From Bigelowiella natans CCMP2755 (lineage: Eukaryota; Protista; Cercozoa), in assembly GCA_000320545.1 (NCBI GenBank), contig ADNK01001018.1, positions 1-43,625 of the forward strand: a stretch of DNA of 43,625 nucleotides. The letters run 5' to 3'. Both the position numbers and the translations under genes were made by a program. Below, piece by piece: positions 28,545-39,817 of this stretch; position 1 is the stretch's first letter; every line of letters starts with the position of its first letter. The notes beneath the pieces were generated by a model. That model was given only the letters and a program-made list of their open reading frames with translations, did no database searches and was not told the origin of the DNA.

Positions 28545-29548
28545 TGTGAATGTGTTGTGATTGTTGTAATACACGGTGGTATGGGGACATACATACATAC
28601 ATACATTCATACATACATACCAACTACCGACTACTGCTATAGCTTACATACACTTCAAAAGACTCTGTTATTATTCTTAGCGAGGAATGAATCAACAATA
28701 CAATACAATACAATACAATACAATACATGGTGGTTGCAGGTTGTTCAAATTGAGGCTCTCCCTTTGCGAAATGTCGGCTTGGATCTTCAAAAATGTGCAG
28801 TGAACCAAGTATACAAGGACAAGTTATTCTTCAAGGCATCAAAAAGAGAAAGAAAAGAAGGAAAATGTGGGAAATACAAGGTAATAATCGCAAAATCGTT
28901 GTTGATGTTGTTGCCTCTAAAGAAAAAGGAAATGAGGAGAAGAAGTAATAATAATGCTACATCAATATGCGCTTCAGTAGATGCACAATACGTTTTCTCG
29001 TTGTTGATCATTATTACTTCTAATGCATCCTCCTTTTGTAGCGCTTGCTTTTTGGGTGGTTAGTTCGTCGACAACTCATCTTCTTCTTCATCATCATCAG
29101 CTTCTTCTTCTATCTATACTGTACTCTACTCACTCACTTACTCACTTACAGGAGGGGGAGGGGCTGCTAATCCCAACAAAAAGATTCTCTGCAGCATTAG
29201 ATGAAATACTAAATCGTCATGTGATTACTGAGGGGCAAACCATGCCTTTGCTAGAAGCACAAGATATCCTTCAATGTGAGTAGTAGTCAGTAATGAGAAG
29301 AAGCCATTCTTTCTTTTTGCAATAGTAGTACTGCAAAGCTTTCTCTTCTGAACATATACTATTACTACTAAGACGTCATTTTTTCTCTAAGCTTCTTCAA
29401 GTTACATAAATGCAACCAAACGAATGTTATAGAAAAAAAAATAAATAAATAATAATAATAATAATAATAGCTGCTGTCGTTGGTCCTCGCTCTTATCCAG
29501 GACCTGAATATTATCCTATTTGGCAATTAACAATAATGATGATGATAT

Positions 29549-29582
<34 letters not shown>

Positions 29583-30445
29583 CATTTAATGTGGTGCCGT
29601 ACGTTATCAAGATTATTTCCCAATAATAGTTCATTCTAAGCACTCGCATAATAATTGTATTAATATCTAGCAATAACGGTACCAGATTTTGCTAATGCGA
29701 AGTATGCTGATAAATCATCGTCGTCATCATCTTCAACATCTTCTTCTTCTTCACCACAACCAACGTGGTTACGCACTTGGTCCCGTGAGAGTGTGCCACT
29801 TGAGCTCATTCGTAATCACATCCTCTCCCAATCTCCACAACTGATATTTGAGTGGATACAGAATAAGGGGTAGTAGTAGTAGTAGTAGTAGTAGTAGTAT
29901 ATATCAAGTGAAATATGAATGAGAAGGGGAGATATAGGTGGTGGTGATGATGATGATGATGATGGAAAGTAGTTTGATGTGTTGGTAATCGTCGTCACGT
30001 AATAGAAGAAATGTAGGACAAGCAGCTACTACCTTCTTTCACCATTGTCTGTCATCATCACCATCTTGACAGTAGCAGCAGCGGCAGCAGCAAAACACAG
30101 CAAATTGTTGTCTGACAATATTTTTCTAATTGTATTCTCGTATTATCGTCGTTGTGCTACTACGTGTTCTTCTTCTTTTTGTTCTTCTTCTTCTTCAGAT
30201 ACGACTATTACTTGTGCAGATCATCATTTTGTAATTTGAGTGAGGCAATGAGTAACTTAGAGTCATTAAGTGTGCAGCAATGTAGAGGGTTTCTATCTCA
30301 TCTTCTGCCACAATTATGCCGGAAGATTGGAAAATCGTCGCTGAGTCAAATGCATCCATCACAGATTGTGGATGATGTTTCCATAATAGAGAGTAGTAGT
30401 AGCTCAAAAAGGGAGGGGGTAGGGTATGGACAGAGTACTGCCCAG

Positions 30446-30476
<31 letters not shown>

Positions 30477-32148
30477 TTTTAGTTGTTAAAAAACTTTTGG
30501 GAGGGGGTAAATTGAAAGGACCCCTCTCAGTTCATATGGCGACGTATCGACTTCTGTTTCTTATGTTGAAAAGGTACTTCGTAGATAGTATACCATTGAT
30601 ATTTTGATTCATATATTATCGACTACCTCTGATATCTTGTTTGTTTGTTTGTTTTGTTAATATTCACGAATATTACTACTTAGACTGAATATGTGGTTTG
30701 TAGAGCTATATCCTTTGCTAAGCCAAGAAATTGGAATGGTGAATCTCATACGCAAAACACGTGATTTTATTTTTACCTCAACGAAGACTGAACTCCTCAA
30801 CAAACTTCTGGATCTGACAGCAGACTCATCAACACCAACGTTAAGTGTAAAGGTAGATCGAATGAGAGCTGCTACGGTCTTATCTGCTCATGATGCATCT
30901 ACCAATGCTGCTGCTGCTGCTGATGGCGTTGGTGTAGGTGTAGGTGAATTAAGTGGTAGCAGTAGTAATGCTAGCAACATAAGAAGTCGTCCTTCTTCGT
31001 CATCTTCTTTTGGGAGATACTCAATCTTTGCCAGCGCCTTCAGGCAGTTACAAAATGCCCCTGTATCAAGATTTAGAGTGTCAAAGCCCTCGGGTGCAGA
31101 ACCGCATCTTGCTTTCCGTATTGTAACTGAAAATGAGCAAGTTGTTGGAGAAGCAGGACCATACAGACAATTTTTCACTGACATAAGTCGTGAGCTTCAA
31201 CAGGCTGAATTATCACCATTGTTTATGCCATCACCAAATCACAGAAACAGCATGGGAGATCATAGAGATAAGTACATTCTTAAGCGAGCAGCAAGCCATC
31301 AGTGTAGTGAATGTTTGGACATGTTGAGATTTCTTGGAGTGCTCTTTGGGATATGTATCCGTACCGGGGTCAAGATGATGCTTTACTGCCCGCCGTTGAT
31401 GTGGAAAATGCTGTCAGGAGAGAGAGTCACTCGACACGATTTGAAAGATATTGACTATGGCACAGCAGAAGTTCTTGCATTATTCGAACAACTTGATGAA
31501 AAAAGCTTTATGCAAACATTTTCGAGTAGTGAAACACCGCAAAATTTTACCATCCGTTTGTCAGATGGATCTACAAAGGAACTAAAAGAAGGAGGCTACT
31601 CCACTCTTGTTACGTGGCAAAATCGACTAGAATACGTAGACTTGGCTTTCCGCGCCCGAATCTACGAACATAAAATCGAAATTGAAGCTTTGAGAGCAGG
31701 TTTAGAGAGCATAGTTCCCGCTCAAGCTTTGAATCTTATGACGTGGGCAGACTTGGAACGTAGTATTTGCGGAAGGCCAGAAATTGATGTGGCAATGCTT
31801 CGAAGGCATACAAAGTACAGTGGTGTTTCTTCTACTGCTCCCCATATAAAGATCTTCTGGCGTCTACTTGAGAAGAGCTCTCAAGAAACATTGAGAAATC
31901 TCATAAGATTCTGCTGGGGGCAGACAAGGCTGCCTGCAACTGATAAAGAATTTGAAATAACACACACAAGATTCATGATCAAAGCCAGCTCGTATAGAAA
32001 TCCAGACCGCGTACTACCACGTGCAGACACGTGTTTCTTTAATTTGGAGCTACCAGCTTATTCATCCGAAGAAATCATGCGTGAGAAGTTGTTATACGCG
32101 ATAAATACCGCAACTACTATGAATGCCGACCAAAACCAGGAGAATTAA
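8917..32148 (+). CDS. Giant multi-exon HECT E3 ubiquitin ligase (HECTD4-like) with UBR-box zinc finger, UBA, CUB-like, SPRY, RanBP2-type zinc finger and C-terminal HECT
   Basis: Inferred exon 1 is 8917-9021 (MGSRIEWENFLDEESW...), spliced in frame to 9136. Long same-strand ORFs: 9625-15663, 16075-17136, 17673-20231, 21024-26324, 30691-32148; the checked junctions are GT-AG. Motifs: GIQKIGTGLEGTQRSRIY, LESGHPY...IHFPGATAIKLTFD, GKWYFEVEV...RVGWGT, GEAGPYRQFFTDISRELQ and LPRADTCFFNLELPAYSSEEIMREKLLYAI. Some internal exons (26-30 kb) are not fully resolved. Confidence 0.88.
9487..9750 (+). other. UBR-type zinc finger of the HECT ligase (split by intron 9570-9633)
   Basis: CTFTETGRNFKVQRWYNCRTCGLTNNTG/CCEVCILRCHLGHDVSYRKTGKFYCDCGSGHNGCRCKAL. 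Confidence 0.9.
12280..12390 (+). other. UBA domain of the HECT ligase
   Basis: QDKLAMLQAMGFSKLACVYALRQTHWNIERAVDFI, with the MGF loop. Confidence 0.85.
18666..18758 (+). repeat. In-frame tandem duplication in coding exon (PPPSSPTTGTTTTT / PPPPSPTTGTTTTT)
   Basis: cttcccctactactggtactaccactactacta occurs twice, ~45 bp apart. Confidence 0.85.
25074..25133 (+). other. RanBP2/NZF-type zinc finger of the HECT ligase
   Basis: WQCAYCTLENPLQAVRCVAC matches W-x-C-x2-C-T-x2-N-x6-C-x2-C. Confidence 0.9.
26730..26905. repeat. Degenerate pentanucleotide (ATATG/GTATG)n intronic array
   Basis: Read directly. Confidence 0.85.
31015..32120 (+). other. HECT catalytic domain
   Basis: SIFASAFRQL...GEAGPYRQFF...FLGVLFGICIRTG...LIRFCWGQTRLP...LPRADTCFFNLELPAY (catalytic Cys in DTCF). 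Confidence 0.95.
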
Positions 32149-32475
32149 TAGAGTGCAGCTAGTCGCAGATATGACATGCATTTTTCCATTTCCTTCCGTT
32201 AATGATTAGTTTTGTAAAAGTTCTACCATTGGATTTTTATTTCTCGTTACAAATAAGAAGCACATGCCTGTATACAACTCATGGGAAATATGAACGCGCT
32301 CTACTGATATCAGTCATGATACGTGACAGCAGCGAGGAAATCCATCTAGCCATGCTTCACCACGGTGCATTATTGTACGTTTGATCTATAGATCATGTGA
32401 CCAACATATGGCCACGCTCAGCTTCCTGCGGACGTCTAATAAAGCACGCTAGCACGCGTGGATTCGTTAACTCTA

Positions 32476-32986
32476 TATGAGACGGATGTAATGAAGAATT
32501 AAATTTTACATAACTGCACCGCAATGCTTTATTGACACGACAATGGTGCGTGCAACACACACACAGCACCGCTACATGGACATTTGCTTAGAAATGAACG
32601 TATATTGGCACGCAGCACATGGTGATCGAGAAGCATACACGCAGTTCACAAATGACGCTCCTGCATGCGCATGCACACTCCTATATGTGTGTCACGTGCG
32701 AGCATCGCATGAGCTTGCTAGCTTGCGCCACGTACCATCTAGCCATGTCCAACACAAGATGATGAGGCTGATTACGTAATAACTACCTATGCAGCTTCAT
32801 TGCGCAGCAAATCCAGTAGTGCGATATTTTGTGCTCAAATATATGATTGATGTAAGCATTCACATGCATGATGGACATAATAGCGGAGACAAACAGGTGC
32901 AACTTAAGCGCTGTAGCCGCAGCTTTGCAAAGCTGCATTAGGATGACAACTGAAAAGATTTAATATATTCATTCATCCGTCCCATA
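32476..32986. mobile_element. ~510 bp non-autonomous DNA transposon (MITE) with ~30 bp imperfect TIRs; possible TA target site
   Basis: Left end tatgagacggatgtaatgaagaattaaat; right end reverse complement tatgggacggatgaatgaatatattaaat. A homologous end lies at 351-422. No transposase ORF. Confidence 0.75.
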
Positions 32987-33179
32987 TGTAAGACTAAACT
33001 AATAGAAACAAGGAATATAACGTATGTAGATTCCAGGGCTATCATTTAAGTTGTGGACGCAATCAACAACATATAGCTCGCGCGCGGTGTTTGCACTTAA
33101 ATCGGACTGTATATACAACACGACTACTTGGAGACGAAAGTTGTTGGACCTGACGTAAAGACTGGAATGCACCAGAGAG

Positions 33180-34140
33180 CTACTGACTATATTCTAAAAA
33201 CTTTTCCGAACTATCCGAATAACAACCGAGTAATTTGATTCTAAAGACTGCCATCTTTTGATCGAACATCTGTAGAGGGTAGAGGAGACAGCAATAAGGA
33301 TTTTTTTGAAATAGTATATTTACATTCATTCACATTACAATGAGTGAACTTCAGAAACCAGTACATAAATTTTTGTCTAAACCCGTCTTTTCAGAACCTT
33401 CCAATTTTTCTATCGCTAACCCAAAAATGTACTTTCTGCTTTAACATTTTTCGTTATTAAGTCAGTCTCCCACCTCCAAAATTTTGCATTGCTCCGCAGT
33501 AAGTTTGGCACCCTCTATTGTAAGTAGTAGTAGTGGTGGTAGTAGTTGTAGTAGTAGTAGTAGTAGTAGTGAGGGTCCCAAGAGTAGTAACATTTTTGAA
33601 GAAAATATTTCGTACGAATTCTCACGTAGAAAGGAAATATAATTTTGAGGCAGGCAGGCATTTAGATCATGAATCTAGATACTCTCTCTATATTATTTGT
33701 TCCTTCTCATCATCTCTCTTGCTGCATCATCCATCCATCAAATGCTATTATAATTGGTATAATCATCATCATCATCATCGCTGATCACTACTGCTACCTA
33801 CTACTACTACTACTACTAATAATAATAATAATAAAACCTCCACACACTTAATATCAACTGCTACATACTTATATTAATACCTTCACAGACGGTTGTGTCA
33901 GCAGCAATCTCAAGCTTTCCTGAGAAAAGATCAGAGGAAGCACATCGATCGAAGGGGGAGAGACAATAGAATCATAATTTGTATACACAAATGAATCGAT
34001 GCCTCTCCTGCGAGCATGTTACTACAACGAGAAAATGTTAGGAAAAACTGAACAAGTACTATCGTGAAATTTCATAGCACAATAACATCATATAAACGAC
34101 AATCTTTCACTAGCTGTACATACATATTAATCATATATGT

Positions 34141-34179
<39 letters not shown>

Positions 34180-35153
34180 AAGATAAGATAAGGTTGGTAT
34201 GTTATAAATAAGCATCGAGGATGGATAGGATTACCACCTCATTGTGATTATAATGTCACTAGCAGAATCACAAAATTAAGAAGCACATTTAGAAGAAGAA
34301 GAAGAAGAAGAAGAAGAAGGAGGAGGTCGTCGTAGTGTTGTCACCATTATCATCCTCCTCCCCCCGCCCCCCTTTCTCCCCCTCCTTCTCAGAGTCATCA
34401 TCATCATCATCATCACTTGCTACCTTTTTGTATCCTAACAGGGAGACCAAGTCTCCGTAGCTGTGGCTCCTAAATAAAAGTAGATTGATATGTGTACTCA
34501 GTTTCTTGCTGCAGTGTAGTATATTGTTCATGTATAGGTTTATTACTACTTCTACTACTTCTGTCCTTAAAAAAAGTAGATTGATATGTGTACTTTGTTT
34601 GTTGTTGATGCATAGCTTTACTACCACTCCTCCTACTTCTCCCCCCCACTATTATTACCATTGAAACGGGAAGGTGTCCAGGAACTTCACCAGCACTTAC
34701 CACAAACTTAGTTGTTGGAGAGCAGTCACAGAGAGAGGAGAGAGAGAGAGAGGAGAGGGGGGAGGGGGAGGGAGAGAGATATAATAAAACGTATAGACAG
34801 ACAGTGCATGATCTGGGCCGAATACTACAACTGTTTTCTACCAAATCGATCTTCCTCATCATCTTCTTCTTCTTCTTTAATACTAACGAGCAAATGTGTA
34901 CATGAAACTTGTAGTTCTTATCACATGAATGTATCTATGTGTCAGTATGCAAGTATACATATATATATATATATATATATATGTTTGTGTGTGTTTATGC
35001 AAGTATGTGTCCTCCTCCTCCTCCTCCTCCTCCTCCTCCTTCTCCTCCTTCTCCGCCTACTACTACTACTACCTTCCGTGTTGCTTTGGATCCTGCTCTT
35101 GCGAATTGAGCTTGCTTGTATTCACTGAAGAACCTATGTGAGTGGTAGTAGTG

Positions 35154-35186
<33 letters not shown>

Positions 35187-35769
35187 CACAATATGAGTAA
35201 TAGTAGTAGTACATAATATGAAAGTGTTATTTTAACTTAAATTATCATATTAGATCTCTTATTCCAGCATTGTTCATTCATCATATTTCAGAGAGAGACG
35301 ATAATTAGATATGTAGTGAAGGTGTTGATTAAACAAAAAAGAAAATATAATTCATGTTGCTCAATATCCATATGATAAGACAGTACATAATAATACAAGC
35401 ACTACTGCACTTCGTAGTTGGAGCTTTAGTTACATGGGAAAGGATTTAATTATTCTTGGATTTTACAAAAAAAGACAAAATATGATAGAGGAAAAAAACA
35501 ACTGCTATGAATATCGTTTGAAATAGTTGTATATTCTTGTTTCAATTTACTCGGTCACTGCTTTCTCATCTCGGTTACTGAATAGCAGCCCACAGTCTCC
35601 AGTGATTTTCTAATGATATGAATCAAATGATGATGAGCAGCAGCAGCATAAACACCAATCCAGTAGTAGATAGATACAGCAGCATGAAGGGAGGGCTACA
35701 GCAGACGGACGATGATATGTACACAACACAGCACAACGCAAACAGCACAACAGACAGCAGCGAGGGAAA

Positions 35770-35804
<35 letters not shown>

Positions 35805-36389
35805 GAGGCAGTAGGCACACCACTTAATAGTATTTCCACCACCAATATTGGACGAGACGGAGACGACTGATGATTAATACTGATGATTAATACAGGTTTG
35901 CCATCAACACCTTTGCTAGATAGCTGAGACCAGTTCTATATTCATTCTCCTGAAGAAGACCGATCGATCAATCGATGGACAAATCATCATCATCATCATC
36001 ATTTTCATTTTATATTCGTGATGCTACATACATATATACATACATACATACATACATGCTTGCATAACAACATACATACCACCAACATACTTGATGCAAT
36101 ACTACTATATACATGCATACACACCATCAACCATACTTCATGCACGTGTTGATGAGTACCCACCTCGTCTACTCCAAGAGCTACCATCATTAATTTGTTT
36201 CTTCCGATCATAAACCTTGTGAAAACAGTGGTAATGTAGGATAATTATGTCGATGATGATGATAATCAATAACATATGTTGTTGATAAAGATGGTGGTTA
36301 ATATTATTAACTAGTTAGAAACTATCGATATTTTTTGTCCCTAAATATCATCATTATCATCATTGTCGTCGTCATATTATCATCACCAT

Positions 36390-36422
<33 letters not shown>

Positions 36423-37181
36423 CGCATTCAACTATGAAAGTGCGCTTGCACACGAGACAATTGAGAATAATTGAGAATACCTGCTATTGTTCCACTGCAC
36501 ACGAATTTCTTTGAAAGCTGCATTTCGCATGTTTTCCACCTATCCAATGAATTATTCCATTCAGAATTACAAGAAGATGATTACAGTTGTCGAGGACGAA
36601 GATCATCCGCACACTCCTAATTTAAAGTAGTAGTATGATGATGATGATGATGATGTTCAGGAAGTAGTAGTATGATGATGATCACTACGACGATGACAAT
36701 CACAATATACTACCTCGAAGAGAAAAATATTCGAAAATTCATCAACACTATCCCGAACCTGTTGTTTATTCCCAAATTAATAAGGAGGGAAGAGAGCAGG
36801 ATATTAATAATAATGGAACAACATGCAAATGCTGAACAAATATATTTCATTCTCAGTATATGTTCGAAGATAGGATTTTATGTGTACGTGCACATATGAG
36901 ACAATTTCCCATGGGCTGTTTTGTGAATTTAGTGATTCCCATCATCAAAGAATTCACCTCCTCGATCAAGGCGTCTCCTTTTGATCTACCCTTCTTCTTT
37001 GTCTTTGTCAAATGCACTATTTTAAAATCAATATAAAATTAACATTATACTGATTACCACCATGTTTTCTCAGCATTTACCTTATGCTATTCTGATACCA
37101 TCTACACGCACCACCAATAACCTTAATCATCATCATCATCACAACAATTCAACCTAATTTCGCTCGCTTCGACTTGGGCAT
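33180..37181 (-). CDS. MRT4: mRNA turnover protein 4 / 60S assembly factor Mrt4 (uL10/P0-like); many short exons
   Basis: Exons give MPKSKRAKLVHLTKTKKKGRSKGDALIEE, VENMRNAAFKEIRVQWNNSR, FMIGRNKLMMVALG, FARAGSKATRK, LPVSM/EPQLRRLGLPVRIQKG, TVCEEGAKLTAEQCKILE/MFDQKMAVFRIKLLG. ATG 37179-37181; stop 33180-33182. Confidence 0.95.
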
Positions 37182-37743
37182 GCTGGTCTACGCTTTTTGA
37201 CGCGAGCATGACCCGAGATGCAAACAGAAAGAATCAACCAATATTTTACGGTGCGACATATTTCAGATCAAGTCGTATAGACAAAAATCTAAATATATTC
37301 TTCGGAGAATTGAAACAGTAATAACTCCGATATATGTGAACGGCGAAGTGAGATTTTGTAATCTGGAAGTATTAATTTATGGATTTTAACAGGAGAATCA
37401 TCATCGACCGCTTCAAGAACACTGTGTTTGAAACTGTTTCAGCAATTTACATGCTACGACAACAAAATTATGTCCAACATGAAATTAATGTAGGTTTTCG
37501 TCGTGGTTTTGACCTGTTTCTTCACAATTAGGAACAAATTAAGACATTTTCAGATGAAACTAAAATAATTTCGTGTTGATATATGGACCTACGACAATAA
37601 GATTACGGAAAAAAGGTGGTTAATCATTGAATATACTTCACTTTCACTTGGATCGTGTGCGAAGACATATTCTGGAATAATCAGCAAATTCTCTCCCAAG
37701 AAACCCACCGCCCGCCCGCCTCAAAGCAAAAACCTACACAAAC

Positions 37744-38352
37744 ATGGTGATGATTTTTTTCGTAATGTATCCCAGTGATTCTCTATGCATTCTTGTTTGC
37801 CCTTGTAAGTTTATACCACCTCTACGATGACTATTACTAGCCTTTGGGGTCAGCAGAGTTTATATACGCTTCATGAAAATTTAAACGGAAGGACGATAGC
37901 ATATCTTCTGATAAATACCGCGATCAAATTAATAGAGGACTTGATTATTCGATATTCTACCTTTTTGTAGTCGTCGGAAGTGGAGGAGACAATGCGTAGA
38001 ATCATCAAGCATGTAGGAGTGCAGGACGTTATCATAACGAATAAGGAGGCAAAATTGATTTATCATGACTCAAAAACGAGTATGAGTGCCAAGGATGCAC
38101 AAAAATACGCTTCAAATCTCACACAACTCACTAGTCAAGCTCGCAGCGTCGTTCGTGATCTAGATCCTCAAAATGATTTGAGCTTCTTCCGAATTCGGTC
38201 TAAGAACCATGAAATCATGGTTGCTCCAGGTAAATAACTTTGAATTGCTCGAAAATTCTACACCTCCAAACTGAGAAGGATTTTCTATTACAGATAAAGA
38301 CTTTACATTAATGGTGGTGCAAAATCCAAGCGCTTCCGAAGACGGCAAGTAA
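37744..38352 (+). CDS. DYNLRB: Dynein light chain roadblock/LC7; exons 37744-37746, 37971-38229, 38294-38352
   Basis: M/SSEVEETMRRIIKHVGVQDVII...ARSVVRDLDPQNDLSFFRIRSKNHEIMVAP/DKDFTLMVVQNP; GT-AG introns. Confidence 0.95.
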
Positions 38353-38689
38353 TGGACAGTCCAAGTGTTTTCATCGCATTTTTTAGAGCAACAGCAATTC
38401 CAACGTAGAAAATGTAATAAAATACCTAATCTCATTATAACACGAGTGTATTTATCTCGGTTGATTTTCTATTGCTTCTTGAGAAGCTGAACCCTTATTG
38501 AGGTAACTACTGCAGTATATAGCTAAGGTGCAAAGTAATACTACATGCTAGGAACGTCGCCGTACGCTAAATATCGTCTCGCGCAATAGAAACTTTGATT
38601 CCTTCCCTTTTTTTGTAGAGAGCTCCATGCTCCAGCCCCGAATACATATCGCTCATTACGACGGTGACTTATAATATTTGTCGCGTGGT

Positions 38690-39740
38690 ACGTGCTAGCG
38701 TGTTGTTGCGCACAGCTAGACAGCTCAGCTCAGCGCATGCCTGCTAGCCTGCATTGCTTGGTTGCGCCGCTATGCAATGCGCTACGATGTGACAGTGACG
38801 ACATCAGGCGGATTGGGCCAAAATGGTCATTGCATTTTTTCATTCTCAGCAGTCATCCTGATGTAGTTATGCAAAGCAGCAGCGGCTATATTGTGTAGCG
38901 CGTGCGCTTCTTTAGTTAGCCGTTGCGCTATTGTTCGAATTGGCTTTTGCACTCGATCAGTGCGCACATTCTTAGAATGTGCAGCCAGAATGTTCAGAGA
39001 ATGTGCTGTGCACATTCTCAGCGCGCGCAACAATTTGATTAATCATTCATAATTTATATTCATTTGGACTCATAGTCTGCTAGCGCGCAATAATCACCGC
39101 TAGACTACGCATCACAATTGCGTGAGAACATGAACCTGCATGATCGATGGTCGATCGATCAGGCTACATGTATTAATCTGAAATGCGATGCTCTCTGACG
39201 CAAGTTCCACATGTAGGAATTCTCATTTCTTCCACATCGAACACATCAATGGTGATGAATTCTTTTTGCACAGATGTGTTCACGGTGTTTGTGTGTTTGA
39301 TGCATGTCATGTATACAACAGTCCATGTGCTAGCATGTCTAGCTGCATGCACTATAGTGCATTGCCTTGCATAGCTAGATAGCTAGATAGATACAATAGA
39401 CCAATGCCACACGCACCAGCATGCAGCGCTGGTGTGTGTGTGCGATGCGCGTGCACACGTCACACTTGAACATGTTCGTGACAAATGGTTGTGGACATGG
39501 TTGATGGTGTTGCGATGGCGAACGCGCAGGTGTACACGCACGTCGTGTGCTAGTGTGTGCGCATTCGCAGATCGGGTGCAGTTCAAGCACTGCGTAGCTG
39601 CCGTCACATCTAGACATGGATTACATAGCTACGTGATAGGGTGACAATTGAAAAAATTCTAGATACTTGTGTGCACATTCTAGACAACGTCCCCGCCTTT
39701 TGCATTAGCATACGTGCTAGCTAGTCAGTGTTTACGTAGC
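38690..39740. mobile_element. Degraded repeat relic with patchy TpA depletion; carries inverted copies of the MITE subterminal motif
   Basis: gtcatcctgatgtagttatgcaaagcagcagcggc (38852-38886) matches the reverse complement of 351-382 and 32916-32947. A diverged forward copy lies at ~39620-39660. Only 4 TAs in 39400-39620, 2 of them CTAG. Confidence 0.6.
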
Positions 39741-39817
39741 TGGATGAAGATGTATTACCAGCACACACTCGATGCGACTCTATCTTGATAGCAATGATAT
39801 ATTTGTGTTATAATTTG

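Noticed and set aside
9702-31184. Numerous antisense and alternate-frame ORFs within the HECT gene
   Set aside because: Shadow ORFs of coding sequence or translations of microsatellites.
33340-33970. Small spliced plus-strand peptide (MSELQKP...)
   Set aside because: The same segments are explained as MRT4 exons and introns on the minus strand.
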